Below, one piece after another: positions 16,106-23,868 of a DNA stretch of 32,000 nt; within the stretch, counting starts at the first letter, position 1; each line of letters opens with the position of its first letter. Both the position numbers and the translations under genes were made by a program. The stretch is from Halomicrobium mukohataei DSM 12286 (GTDB lineage Archaea; Halobacteriota; Halobacteria; Halobacteriales; Haloarculaceae). The notes beneath the pieces are model-generated. The model saw only the letters and a list, made by a program, of their open reading frames with translations, was not told the origin of the DNA and did no database searches. Location of the stretch: positions 420,001 to 452,000 of the forward strand of contig NC_013202.1 in NCBI RefSeq assembly GCF_000023965.1, given 5' to 3'.

Positions 16106-17874
16106 GAGACCGACAGACGATCACCCGGCGCGGGCTGATAAAGACCGTCGGCGGGACGGCCGCCGTCGGGGCCGGGCTCAGTGCCACCAACGGCACGGCC
16201 ATCGATCCCGTCGGAGAGGCTGACGCCATCGCGTGTGGCGGTGCTTGTCTCGTCGCGGTCGGCATTGCAGGAGCGGCCGCCGTCGGCATGGTCACTGGTG
16301 CGGTTGCCGCGCATCATCTCGGACAAAAGCGTCAGGACGAACTCAGCGGGAGCGAGGAGACTGCCGACCTGCACGCCAATCTTCGCAGCCGACTCACAGC
16401 CCTTAAGGCCGCCAACAACAGCGTTCTCACGGGCGTGCAGAACCGCATCAAAGACGCCCGAAACGTCGCCTGGCCCGAGGCGAAGAAGGAGGCCATCAAG
16501 GCGTTCAACAATGGGGACGACAAGAGCGCAGTCAAGACCGCCGGCAAAGACCCTGTCGACGCGCACTATGTCACCATCCAGCAGAACATCCTGAACCGCG
16601 GGACCGAGTGGGCTAACACTATCCAGTACATCACTGACCTGCACGAGTCCGACTCCGGGCTGTCTCAGCCCGACGGCGGCACCCCGGCGTTCCGCATCAC
16701 GTCAGAACACAACTACGATGGCTCGTCCCGACAAGTCACCCTGTCGCCACACGAGTTTTCGATGCTGGAGACGACGACAACCCTCGTCGACGGCCAGTCG
16801 TTCACGCACAAAATCATCCGGGCTAACGAGTCCGACAACAGCACACCGAATTTCCAACACGAAGTCGACCTCGACCCGACCGGTATCACCGGTCGCATCA
16901 CCGACGGTTCCTCGTCCTGGGCTGGTGTCGCCTCGGCTACCGTCGATCCGGTCGAGACTGGCTCGACGGCCACCTGGCTGAACCTCGGTGCCTGGGACTC
17001 CGCCTGGTCGGCCATCGTCGACGACCACAGCCAGATGGTGAGCAATATCCAGACGTTCGTCGAAACGCTGTTCGAGAACCACAGCCCCGGCGACATCGAC
17101 GTGAGCGAATACATCGACGCGACCACCCTCGCTAGCGAGTTTGCAACCGACTACGAGAATACCGGATACCGCGCCTACGCGGCCGCTGAGGCCGCAGTCG
17201 CAGGGATTCCGGGCAGCATGGACCAATCCATGCAGATCCGTCTCGAAGACTCTGGCATTGAGGTGCGCGGATCGGTCTGGACCGAGTGGCGTCCCTACGA
17301 CGGATCGTCGACGGCCACCACGACCGAGACCGCAACCGAGACTGCGACCGAGACCGCGACCACGACCGAGACCGAGCCGGCGAACTCGGCCTTCGAAGTC
17401 GGCACTACCTACGACCCCAGCAACACGAACAAACTGGTGTTGATGAGCTACGAGTTCCAGGGCGAAGGCTGGATTCAGGGCTCCGATGTGTTCGTGAAAG
17501 ACGACTCCGACAACTGGACGCAGGACACCAATATTACCAGCGCCGACGGATGGACCGCCCTCGACGGCGAGAAGATCCAAACCGGGTACGGCGAACTGCA
17601 ACAGCCGTTCACTATCCTCTCGGCACAGGATACTGAGACCGGTGAGGACGTGGACGTGGTCGGGACCGAATCACGCAATCATCAGACGGCTGAGGTGGAT
17701 CTGACCGAGGAACAACTGCAAATGATCCTCGACTATCGCAAGACGGTGCGTAACAACGACAGCCCTGGCGGTGGAGGCGGCGGGGCCGGCTTCCTCGGCG
17801 GTGGCTCAATCGATCCAACAGTTGCCGGCCTCGTCGCGGCCGGGTTGGTTGGCCTCGGTCTCCTTAGTAGGTGA
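16102..17874 (+). CDS. Secreted, membrane-anchored envelope/spike-like protein (pleolipovirus VP4-like position)
   Basis: Tat-type signal TRRGLIKTVGGTAAVGAG, a Thr/Glu linker, a Gly run and the C-terminal hydrophobic anchor VAGLVAAGLVGLGLLSR. Confidence 0.75.
   Translation: MRDRQTITRRGLIKTVGGTAAVGAGLSATNGTAIDPVGEADAIACGGACLVAVGIAGAAAVGMVTGAVAAHHLGQKRQDELSGSEETADLHANLRSRLTALKAANNSVLTGVQNRIKDARNVAWPEAKKEAIKAFNNGDDKSAVKTAGKDPVDAHYVTIQQNILNRGTEWANTIQYITDLHESDSGLSQPDGGTPAFRITSEHNYDGSSRQVTLSPHEFSMLETTTTLVDGQSFTHKIIRANESDNSTPNFQHEVDLDPTGITGRITDGSSSWAGVASATVDPVETGSTATWLNLGAWDSAWSAIVDDHSQMVSNIQTFVETLFENHSPGDIDVSEYIDATTLASEFATDYENTGYRAYAAAEAAVAGIPGSMDQSMQIRLEDSGIEVRGSVWTEWRPYDGSSTATTTETATETATETATTTETEPANSAFEVGTTYDPSNTNKLVLMSYEFQGEGWIQGSDVFVKDDSDNWTQDTNITSADGWTALDGEKIQTGYGELQQPFTILSAQDTETGEDVDVVGTESRNHQTAEVDLTEEQLQMILDYRKTVRNNDSPGGGGGGAGFLGGGSIDPTVAGLVAAGLVGLGLLSR
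17311..17376 (+). repeat. In-frame ACC-GAG-ACY-GCR repeat encoding TATTTETATETATETATTTETE
   Basis: Read directly from the sequence inside the spike-like gene. Confidence 0.8.
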
Positions 17875-17881
17875 TCTGACT

Positions 17882-18409
17882 ATGAGATTTTTCGTATTCA
17901 TCACGGCAGCAGTCGTATCGCTCGCGCTCCTTACCGTGCCGATCGGGGCGACCCCGACCGACTCGGGCAACGCGTCGACGGCCAGCCCAGACGGCGAGCG
18001 GATCGACGGCGCGACCGTGCTGGTCAATTCGGAGTGGAGAGAGGCCCAGAGTGTCGCGCTCATCACGCTCCGGTCCGAGATCAATCAGACCGTGACCCTC
18101 ACCGACGCGGGAGCGTTTTCCCAGGGCGGCACGGTGCCAGAGCGCACAGTCGAAATCGAGGCCGGCGAGACGACGCACATCGAGATCCCTGTTACCGAGG
18201 TGAGCGGGCGTGTCGGCGTCGGTATCTCGACGCGCTATACGCTCTACTCCGAAATCATTGAAAGCGGCTCTGGCGGCGGCCTCGATATCCTCCGCGCACT
18301 CTCGTCACTCCAGGCGTGGCTCGCTGGCGCGGCGATCGCCTTCGTCTGGATGGCCATCGCCGGCTACAACGTGATCCGCCGCGAGAACGGCCGGCCGGAG
18401 GTGGCCTGA
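17882..18409 (+). CDS. Secreted protein with N-terminal signal peptide and C-terminal TM anchor
   Basis: MRFFVFITAAVVSLALLTVPIGA signal. C-terminal AWLAGAAIAFVWMAIAGY helix followed by basic residues. ATG 17882 lies inside listed ORF 17771..18409. Confidence 0.65.
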   Translation: MRFFVFITAAVVSLALLTVPIGATPTDSGNASTASPDGERIDGATVLVNSEWREAQSVALITLRSEINQTVTLTDAGAFSQGGTVPERTVEIEAGETTHIEIPVTEVSGRVGVGISTRYTLYSEIIESGSGGGLDILRALSSLQAWLAGAAIAFVWMAIAGYNVIRRENGRPEVA

Positions 18410-19204
18410 ATGCCCGCCCCGACATTCCAGACGAACCGGGACCGACTGACGTGGCTCCTCGGCGAGTACAAGCTGCTCGTCACGGGCATGATCCTCGGCG
18501 CGGTCGGGCTGGTGATCTACTACCAGCCACAGCTCCCGACGCCGCCGGCCTGGATCGCTGGCGTCCTCGTCGGCTGGCTCCTACTCGGAGTGCCGTGCTA
18601 CCTCGTGGGCGCGAAGATCGCTCGGTGGCTCCGGAACCGCAACTGGATCGAGGTTCACCACGTCAACGCAGCCGAAGACACCGTCCAGAAGCACTACGTC
18701 CCGCCGCAACTCTGGCGCGAGAAGGAGATCGAAGGGCCAGATCCGTACCCGATCAACGGCGGCAGCGCCTGGGCCGTTCGGGAGTACGAGTACCTCGACG
18801 ACATCGAACAGGTTCGGGTTCAGGGTGTCTGGCTCGAAGGCTGCCAGGACACCCAGCTCATGACCAGCAAGAAGCAGATGGAGGACATCCACGGCTGGCT
18901 CATCGATCGCGCCGAGGAACTCGCTGCCATCCGCGGGCGGTGGTCCCGTGGTGCCGTGGAACTCCAGAAGAAGCTCGTCACCGCCGAGAGCGAAGCGAAC
19001 GAACGCGGCCAGATGATCCAGAAGACCGCCGCCAAGGACACCTTCGGCGACCTCGTCGACGACGGCGAAGACTTCGACGAAGCGCCGACGATCCACGATC
19101 TCGACGACCACGACCCCACCGCCGACGCCGTCGTGGGTGATGGGCCCGCCGACGTGTCAGTTCCCGACCAACAGAACCAGAACCCCCAAATGAACGATGA
19201 CTGA
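18410..19204 (+). CDS. Membrane protein (two N-terminal TM helices, acidic C-terminal tail)
   Basis: The ATG directly follows the upstream TGA. TM helices LLVTGMILGAVGLVIYY and WIAGVLVGWLLLGVPCYLVG. Confidence 0.65.
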   Translation: MPAPTFQTNRDRLTWLLGEYKLLVTGMILGAVGLVIYYQPQLPTPPAWIAGVLVGWLLLGVPCYLVGAKIARWLRNRNWIEVHHVNAAEDTVQKHYVPPQLWREKEIEGPDPYPINGGSAWAVREYEYLDDIEQVRVQGVWLEGCQDTQLMTSKKQMEDIHGWLIDRAEELAAIRGRWSRGAVELQKKLVTAESEANERGQMIQKTAAKDTFGDLVDDGEDFDEAPTIHDLDDHDPTADAVVGDGPADVSVPDQQNQNPQMNDD

Positions 19205-20369
19205 CGATAGTGGCGACCTCTACACCCCGGCACAGTTCCGCGAGTACCAGGACGGCTACGGCCAGCGCGAGCCCGACGAGACCCACGCGCACGCCGGGAT
19301 CGTTCGCGACGAGAAGCTATCGCGCTATCTCTCGATCCTCGAAACACACTACGATCCACAGCGCTGCGACCGGCCGGCGAAGATGCCCGGTCAGGCAAAG
19401 GATCTCCAGCACGTCCGAGATATCGTCCGGATCGAAGGCACCGAGACGGCTCGTCGTGCCCTGGAAAACGGCGACATGCAGTCGCTCAAGCACTTCACCG
19501 GCGACGCCGGACAGCGTGCGGACATCTCCGGAATCAAGGCGATCGACCAGCTCCGCGCACAGATGACCGGCCCGGCACCGATGTTCTACGAGTGGGCCGA
19601 ACCCGGTACGGGGAAGTCGAACTTCGCCTGTCTACTCGGCCAACTCTGGAAGGAGCAGCACCCCGACGGGCTCGTCGCCTCGAACATCCGAACACTGGAG
19701 GAAACCGACGAGTGGACCGGCGACGACGGCGACCGACGGGACGGCTGGCTTGCGAACTACGGAGACCTGAACGAGTGGCTGAAACAGGACGGTGACCCGA
19801 TGCACAACACGCAGTCGCCGAAGCTGTTCATCTTCGACGAGGCATCGAGCAACGCTGGCGGTGGCGGGAAGGACGGCTACGACACGAAGACGAAGCTGGG
19901 GCCGCTCACCTACAAGATCCGCAAGTATGGCGGGTCGTTGATCGTCATCGGTCACGACGGCCGCGACGTACACCCGCTCGTTCGTGAGCTTGCCGTGTGC
20001 GTCCACAAGGAGGGGCTGAAGGAGGCGACCTTCTACGAAGACGTGAAGGGTCGCTCGGGCGTGAACGAGATCTTCTCCGTGTCGGGAATCCCCGAAACGG
20101 ACTGGCGATACGACGACAAGGAGCCGACGACGTGGTCGTGGTCAGGCGGTGAGGAAGACGGCGACGAAGTCGATCCCGCCGACCTCTCACGGAAGCTCGC
20201 CGTCTACACCGTCATCACTGCCAAGGAGGCAAACCCGGAGAAACCAAACCACGAAATTGCCGATTTCGTTCCCTACAGCGCCGAATGGGTCCGACAACGC
20301 TGGAACGAGTACCAGCACGACGGCGACCATCGCAACGTGGTTGGCGACGTGGAGGGACTAACCGCATGA
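19197..20369 (+). CDS. P-loop NTPase (pleolipovirus VP8-like position)
   Basis: Walker A EPGTGKSNFA, Walker B KLFIFDEAS. The start overlaps the upstream gene by 8 nt. Confidence 0.8.
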   Translation: MTDDSGDLYTPAQFREYQDGYGQREPDETHAHAGIVRDEKLSRYLSILETHYDPQRCDRPAKMPGQAKDLQHVRDIVRIEGTETARRALENGDMQSLKHFTGDAGQRADISGIKAIDQLRAQMTGPAPMFYEWAEPGTGKSNFACLLGQLWKEQHPDGLVASNIRTLEETDEWTGDDGDRRDGWLANYGDLNEWLKQDGDPMHNTQSPKLFIFDEASSNAGGGGKDGYDTKTKLGPLTYKIRKYGGSLIVIGHDGRDVHPLVRELAVCVHKEGLKEATFYEDVKGRSGVNEIFSVSGIPETDWRYDDKEPTTWSWSGGEEDGDEVDPADLSRKLAVYTVITAKEANPEKPNHEIADFVPYSAEWVRQRWNEYQHDGDHRNVVGDVEGLTA

Positions 20370-20502
20370 CAGCGGCGGTATTCGGGCAAACCAACAACAA
20401 CCAACCCCCCGGCGTACTCCTACGCGTGGCCCATGGCGCGCTCGCTGCCTGCGAGCGCACGCGAGCCATGGGCAACGGCCGACAACAACCCGGAGGAGTA
20501 TC

Positions 20503-20509
20503 TATATAT
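20503..20509 (+). promoter_or_regulatory. TATA box TATATAT for the 129-aa nuclease-like gene
   Basis: Centred 27 nt upstream of the ATG at 20533, which fits a leaderless archaeal promoter geometry. Confidence 0.5.
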
Positions 20510-20532
20510 GACGCACGCGAGGCGCGATCGAG

Positions 20533-20922
20533 ATGAATCGCTCCCATCGAGCGAATCACTACGGCACCCTCGTCGAGCGACAAGCGGTCAAGCGGTACAA
20601 TCTGGAACTGGATCGGTGTAGCTGGCACGACGCCAAACGATCGGACGGCACGCCGGTCGAAATCAAGGCCGCGATGCATCGGCACAGCGATGGCCAGCCT
20701 GGTACGTTCAAGCTCTACGATCAGTACCACGAGCAGTTACGGGCTGCGAACGGCTGGTATATCTTCGGTGTGTATCGAATCCGTGGCTCCGGGGTTGAGG
20801 TACTACAGTGGGAGATGCGTCACTCGTCTCGGCTGCCGCAGCTTGAATGGCATGGCGGGGGCGATCACCGCGAAGCTCATCAGGCGAAGATTGGGATCAG
20901 TCTTCTCACGCAAAACCAGTAG
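20533..20922 (+). CDS. PD-(D/E)xK nuclease-fold protein (Hjc/restriction-endonuclease-like)
   Basis: YGTLVERQAV ... SWHDAKRSDGTPVEIKAA gives the E...D...E-x-K arrangement. Confidence 0.5.
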   Translation: MNRSHRANHYGTLVERQAVKRYNLELDRCSWHDAKRSDGTPVEIKAAMHRHSDGQPGTFKLYDQYHEQLRAANGWYIFGVYRIRGSGVEVLQWEMRHSSRLPQLEWHGGGDHREAHQAKIGISLLTQNQ

Positions 20923-21181
20923 TAGAGGGCTACGCCGTACACACATCGGTTCGCATGGGGGGTGCTGGTCACGGCACAAATTCTCGATCTTCTCCCCAGG
21001 AATGAATCCCGATATGATCTGCGACGTTCTTGATTTCGTCGTCGGAAAACGGATGCTTCGAGACGATCAAGATACTGGTGTTGCTGAGTTCTTTGAGTGG
21101 TTCAGATATCTTGGTTGTCCGGCCCCACTATAATTCCAAATCTCAAAATAGTGCAGATGACTGGCAAAGGGAATCTCGATT

Positions 21182-21631
21182 TCAGGGTGTTGGCAATTCT
21201 TTATGGGGACACTCTCTACTCCCGACTTCAATGTAAGGTAAATTGTCTTCTTCGTCAGTTCGTTTGTATATCGAGATATCTGTCTGTCCCCCAGAGCAGG
21301 GATTGTCGACACGTGCCGTGATGTAGGTGGGCAGTCGGGGGCACTCAAGCACGACCTCGACTTTCGATTGGGACAACGGATCGATCGACCCGACTTGTGC
21401 CTCACAGATCACTCCGTCACTATCATACCCGACGAAGGAGACGTTCTCAAACCGCTTCCATTCTTCAGTCCCACTTCGCGCAGTTGCCTCGGCAGTAAAC
21501 GATATTTGATTCCCGTTGACCGCTGTATCACGTATAGTGAGAGTTCGATAATACGAGCTACCGAAGCAGCCTGCAGTGGCGCTTACGGCGGCTGATACGC
21601 TCAACAACCGCCTCCGGCTTATTTTAGTCAT
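21182..21631 (-). CDS. Tat-type lipoprotein, hypothetical
   Basis: MTKISRRRLLSVSAAVSATAGC has a twin-arginine motif plus the lipobox TAGC. ATG 21631 lies two codons inside the GTG start of the listed ORF and overlaps the upstream gene's end by 8 nt. Confidence 0.65.
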   Translation of the reverse strand: MTKISRRRLLSVSAAVSATAGCFGSSYYRTLTIRDTAVNGNQISFTAEATARSGTEEWKRFENVSFVGYDSDGVICEAQVGSIDPLSQSKVEVVLECPRLPTYITARVDNPCSGGQTDISIYKRTDEEDNLPYIEVGSRECPHKELPTP

Positions 21632-23480
21632 CAACACTCGGGATCTCGTCGAAATCTACCGTTGAAATTTCTTCGATGCTAAAGGCCGTCCTATTACCGT
21701 CGATATAATAGGCGAAGCCCATAATCGGCCACGCTGGGTTTTCGTAATAATTTATATATTCGGGTGTCGGTTCAGGGTCACCATCTTGAATAATTCCATT
21801 TCCGTCGATTCCATACGGACACTGGAGCCCACTATAGCATTCGCCGATCCTGAGCTGTTCGTCATCGGCCGTGCCAGCACCCAGACTGTGCCCAATTTCT
21901 TCCATCAGAACTTTATGACGACTTGCATTCGTACTAAACTCTTCGTCAAACATGATTGTGCCGTGTGGCGTTCCGAATCCATTTTCAACGAACGCAACTT
22001 GTGCTTCTGATCCCGTATGACCCTCCATCCCCCTGACACTACTCGGTATAAACGAGTCATGGGGTTTGTACATAGGTTTGTCGCTCCCATATTTGTTCGT
22101 CCAGAACAAATGGAGCGTTGCTGTATCGTTATGGAATCGATCTTCAACGAGATCTGTCTCCCAGACGTTGAATGAGTCGGGTTCAATACAGTATGTATCT
22201 ACCGACGGGGCATACAGACCACCGTTACCTGTGGATGCAGCACTACAGACTGACTCTAACTGTGATCGTGACAATTCGTCGCTTTCCACAAATGTGAGGT
22301 TGATATCGTACAGTAGATAGTTCCGTCTGGTCGCATCGATTACAGAATTGTTGTTAGAGATATTCATCTGGAACGGATTCCGTCCGGAGAGATAGTCAAC
22401 CTCAACCGTCAAACTCGTGTCTGGCTGATCTGCGGTTTCTTTTGGGTCAGCCCCCCAGTGCAGTTCACCGATATGCAAGTTCGAGTGGAACTGTCCACTG
22501 CGATCGGGGAGTGTGGTGCTCGTTGCCGACGAAGTCATGGGATCGCTGGTCACCTCGTGGACGCCAACCTGCTCGTCGACTATCTCGTCCTCTTGAATGC
22601 CACTCGGTGCGCCGTCCCCATCGTCATCCCGCAGGTGTTCTCGGTACAAGATGACGTTTTCAGTCCGGCCGACGCCGTAGACACCGATCCAACCGTCCCA
22701 GTAGCCGTCACCGTCGTGGTCGGGATTCGTCGCGTTTGTTCCGAGTCTCTCACCTTCGTGGAGTATCCACTCGGAATTGCCACCTACAACTGAATGTGAG
22801 ACGAGTCGCGTTGCTTCGGTCAAACCGTGAATCTCTTGACCGTCGGTGAGACCATCGTCGTCAGTGTCAGGGTCCCAGGGGTCGGTGCCCGAGTTAACCT
22901 CCTCTCCGTTCGATAGCCAGGTGTCTGACCGGGGTGTTCCGTCGAGTGCTGTGAACACACTCCGCTCACGCGGGCCTTTTACAGAATCATTGAGTACGAT
23001 GTCAAAGTCATCCGTTTTGTCAGTGAGTTCGAGATCCTGCTGCGGTTCATTGCCACCGGTGACATGCATCAGCTGTAGGAAACTTGACTCACCCTCGAGA
23101 CCTGTGAGATACTGCTGATGTCGTTCGGTGACAGCGTAGGTCACTGGTGAAGCCGGGTCGGTGTAGGTCACGTTTCGCTCGACGTTGTCCTCGAGACCGT
23201 CACCGTCTGTGTCTTCACGGAGCGGGTCAGACGAAACGTTGATATTCTCACTTAGATCACAGCCAGATCCAGTCCAGAGAATATCTCTATCCTCGGTTGA
23301 TACCCACTCACAGTCAGTGTTGAACTGTACCGGTTTGGAAACACTGGAGCTGTTGATTACGGGTATATCCCAGCCACGGACTTCAATATCGTCGCTCAGA
23401 CCGTCCCCGTCAGTGTCGACGCGGGTCGGGTTCGAGCGGACAACAGGGGTCCACCGCTTTTCGCCGTCGACGGTCGTCAA
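21624..23480 (-). CDS. Thrombospondin-type-3 (DxDxDGxxD) calcium-binding repeat protein with a degenerate metzincin-like C-terminal domain; probably 5'-truncated
   Basis: Repeats DTDGDGLSDDIE, DTDGDGLEDNVE, DPDTDDDGLTDGQE, NPDHDGDGYWDG. VLMEEIGHSLG resembles HEIGHSLG. There is only a TTG start and no signal peptide. The same frame stays open 117 nt further upstream and encodes another DTDGDGLTDGEE repeat. Confidence 0.65.
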   Translation of the reverse strand: MTTVDGEKRWTPVVRSNPTRVDTDGDGLSDDIEVRGWDIPVINSSSVSKPVQFNTDCEWVSTEDRDILWTGSGCDLSENINVSSDPLREDTDGDGLEDNVERNVTYTDPASPVTYAVTERHQQYLTGLEGESSFLQLMHVTGGNEPQQDLELTDKTDDFDIVLNDSVKGPRERSVFTALDGTPRSDTWLSNGEEVNSGTDPWDPDTDDDGLTDGQEIHGLTEATRLVSHSVVGGNSEWILHEGERLGTNATNPDHDGDGYWDGWIGVYGVGRTENVILYREHLRDDDGDGAPSGIQEDEIVDEQVGVHEVTSDPMTSSATSTTLPDRSGQFHSNLHIGELHWGADPKETADQPDTSLTVEVDYLSGRNPFQMNISNNNSVIDATRRNYLLYDINLTFVESDELSRSQLESVCSAASTGNGGLYAPSVDTYCIEPDSFNVWETDLVEDRFHNDTATLHLFWTNKYGSDKPMYKPHDSFIPSSVRGMEGHTGSEAQVAFVENGFGTPHGTIMFDEEFSTNASRHKVLMEEIGHSLGAGTADDEQLRIGECYSGLQCPYGIDGNGIIQDGDPEPTPEYINYYENPAWPIMGFAYYIDGNRTAFSIEEISTVDFDEIPSVDD

Positions 23481-23702
23481 CTCGAAGTCGACCTCCTCAC
23501 CGTCGGTCAGTCCGTCGCCGTCGGTGTCTGCCTCGGTGGGTGCCGTACTGGATCTGTGGGCCGTCCAGTCCTGTCCGTAAGGTCTGCTGTTGCTATCCTA
23601 TGATCCCTCCCGTGGTCATCACGACGGAAGGCTCCGGGATCGATGGATCGTGTTGCAGCTGTGCGGTGTATTTTGGGTAGGTGGCCTTAGCCACACGACT
23701 AA

Positions 23703-23735
23703 GGGGAACCCGGAAGCTCGCTTTCCGGGTTCCCC
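23703..23735. repeat. Perfect 13-bp-stem hairpin GGGGAACCCGGAA / TTCCGGGTTCCCC, 7-nt loop
   Basis: Arms 23703-23715 and 23723-23735 are exact reverse complements (checked base by base). Confidence 0.9.
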
Positions 23736-23738
23736 CTG

Positions 23739-23789
23739 GTCGCGCGGCTGGGTGACGTGACCGAGAGGGAACGAACCCAGCCGCGCGAC
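23739..23789. repeat. Perfect 15-bp-stem hairpin GTCGCGCGGCTGGGT / ACCCAGCCGCGCGAC, 21-nt loop
   Basis: Arms 23739-23753 and 23775-23789 are exact reverse complements (checked base by base). Confidence 0.9.
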
Positions 23790-23868
23790 GCGCCGGGGTG
23801 GGGTGTGAAGGACGATATTGCCGCTAAAATGGTGTGTTGAACAGTGATGCCTCTATCCAGGGGGCGCG

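Noticed and set aside
20690-21405. ORFs 20690..21133(+), 21030..21236(+), 21067..21405(-) and 21097..21321(+).
   Set aside because: They overlap the nuclease-like gene or the lipoprotein gene out of frame, or lie in the AT-rich junction. None has motifs. Only a start-less gene remnant on the minus strand seems present there.
22000-22060. Calling the 618-aa protein an active zinc metalloprotease.
   Set aside because: The motif is EEIGHSLGAGT, not HExxHxxGxxH. Two of the three expected His ligands are missing, so only metzincin-like/degenerate can be supported.
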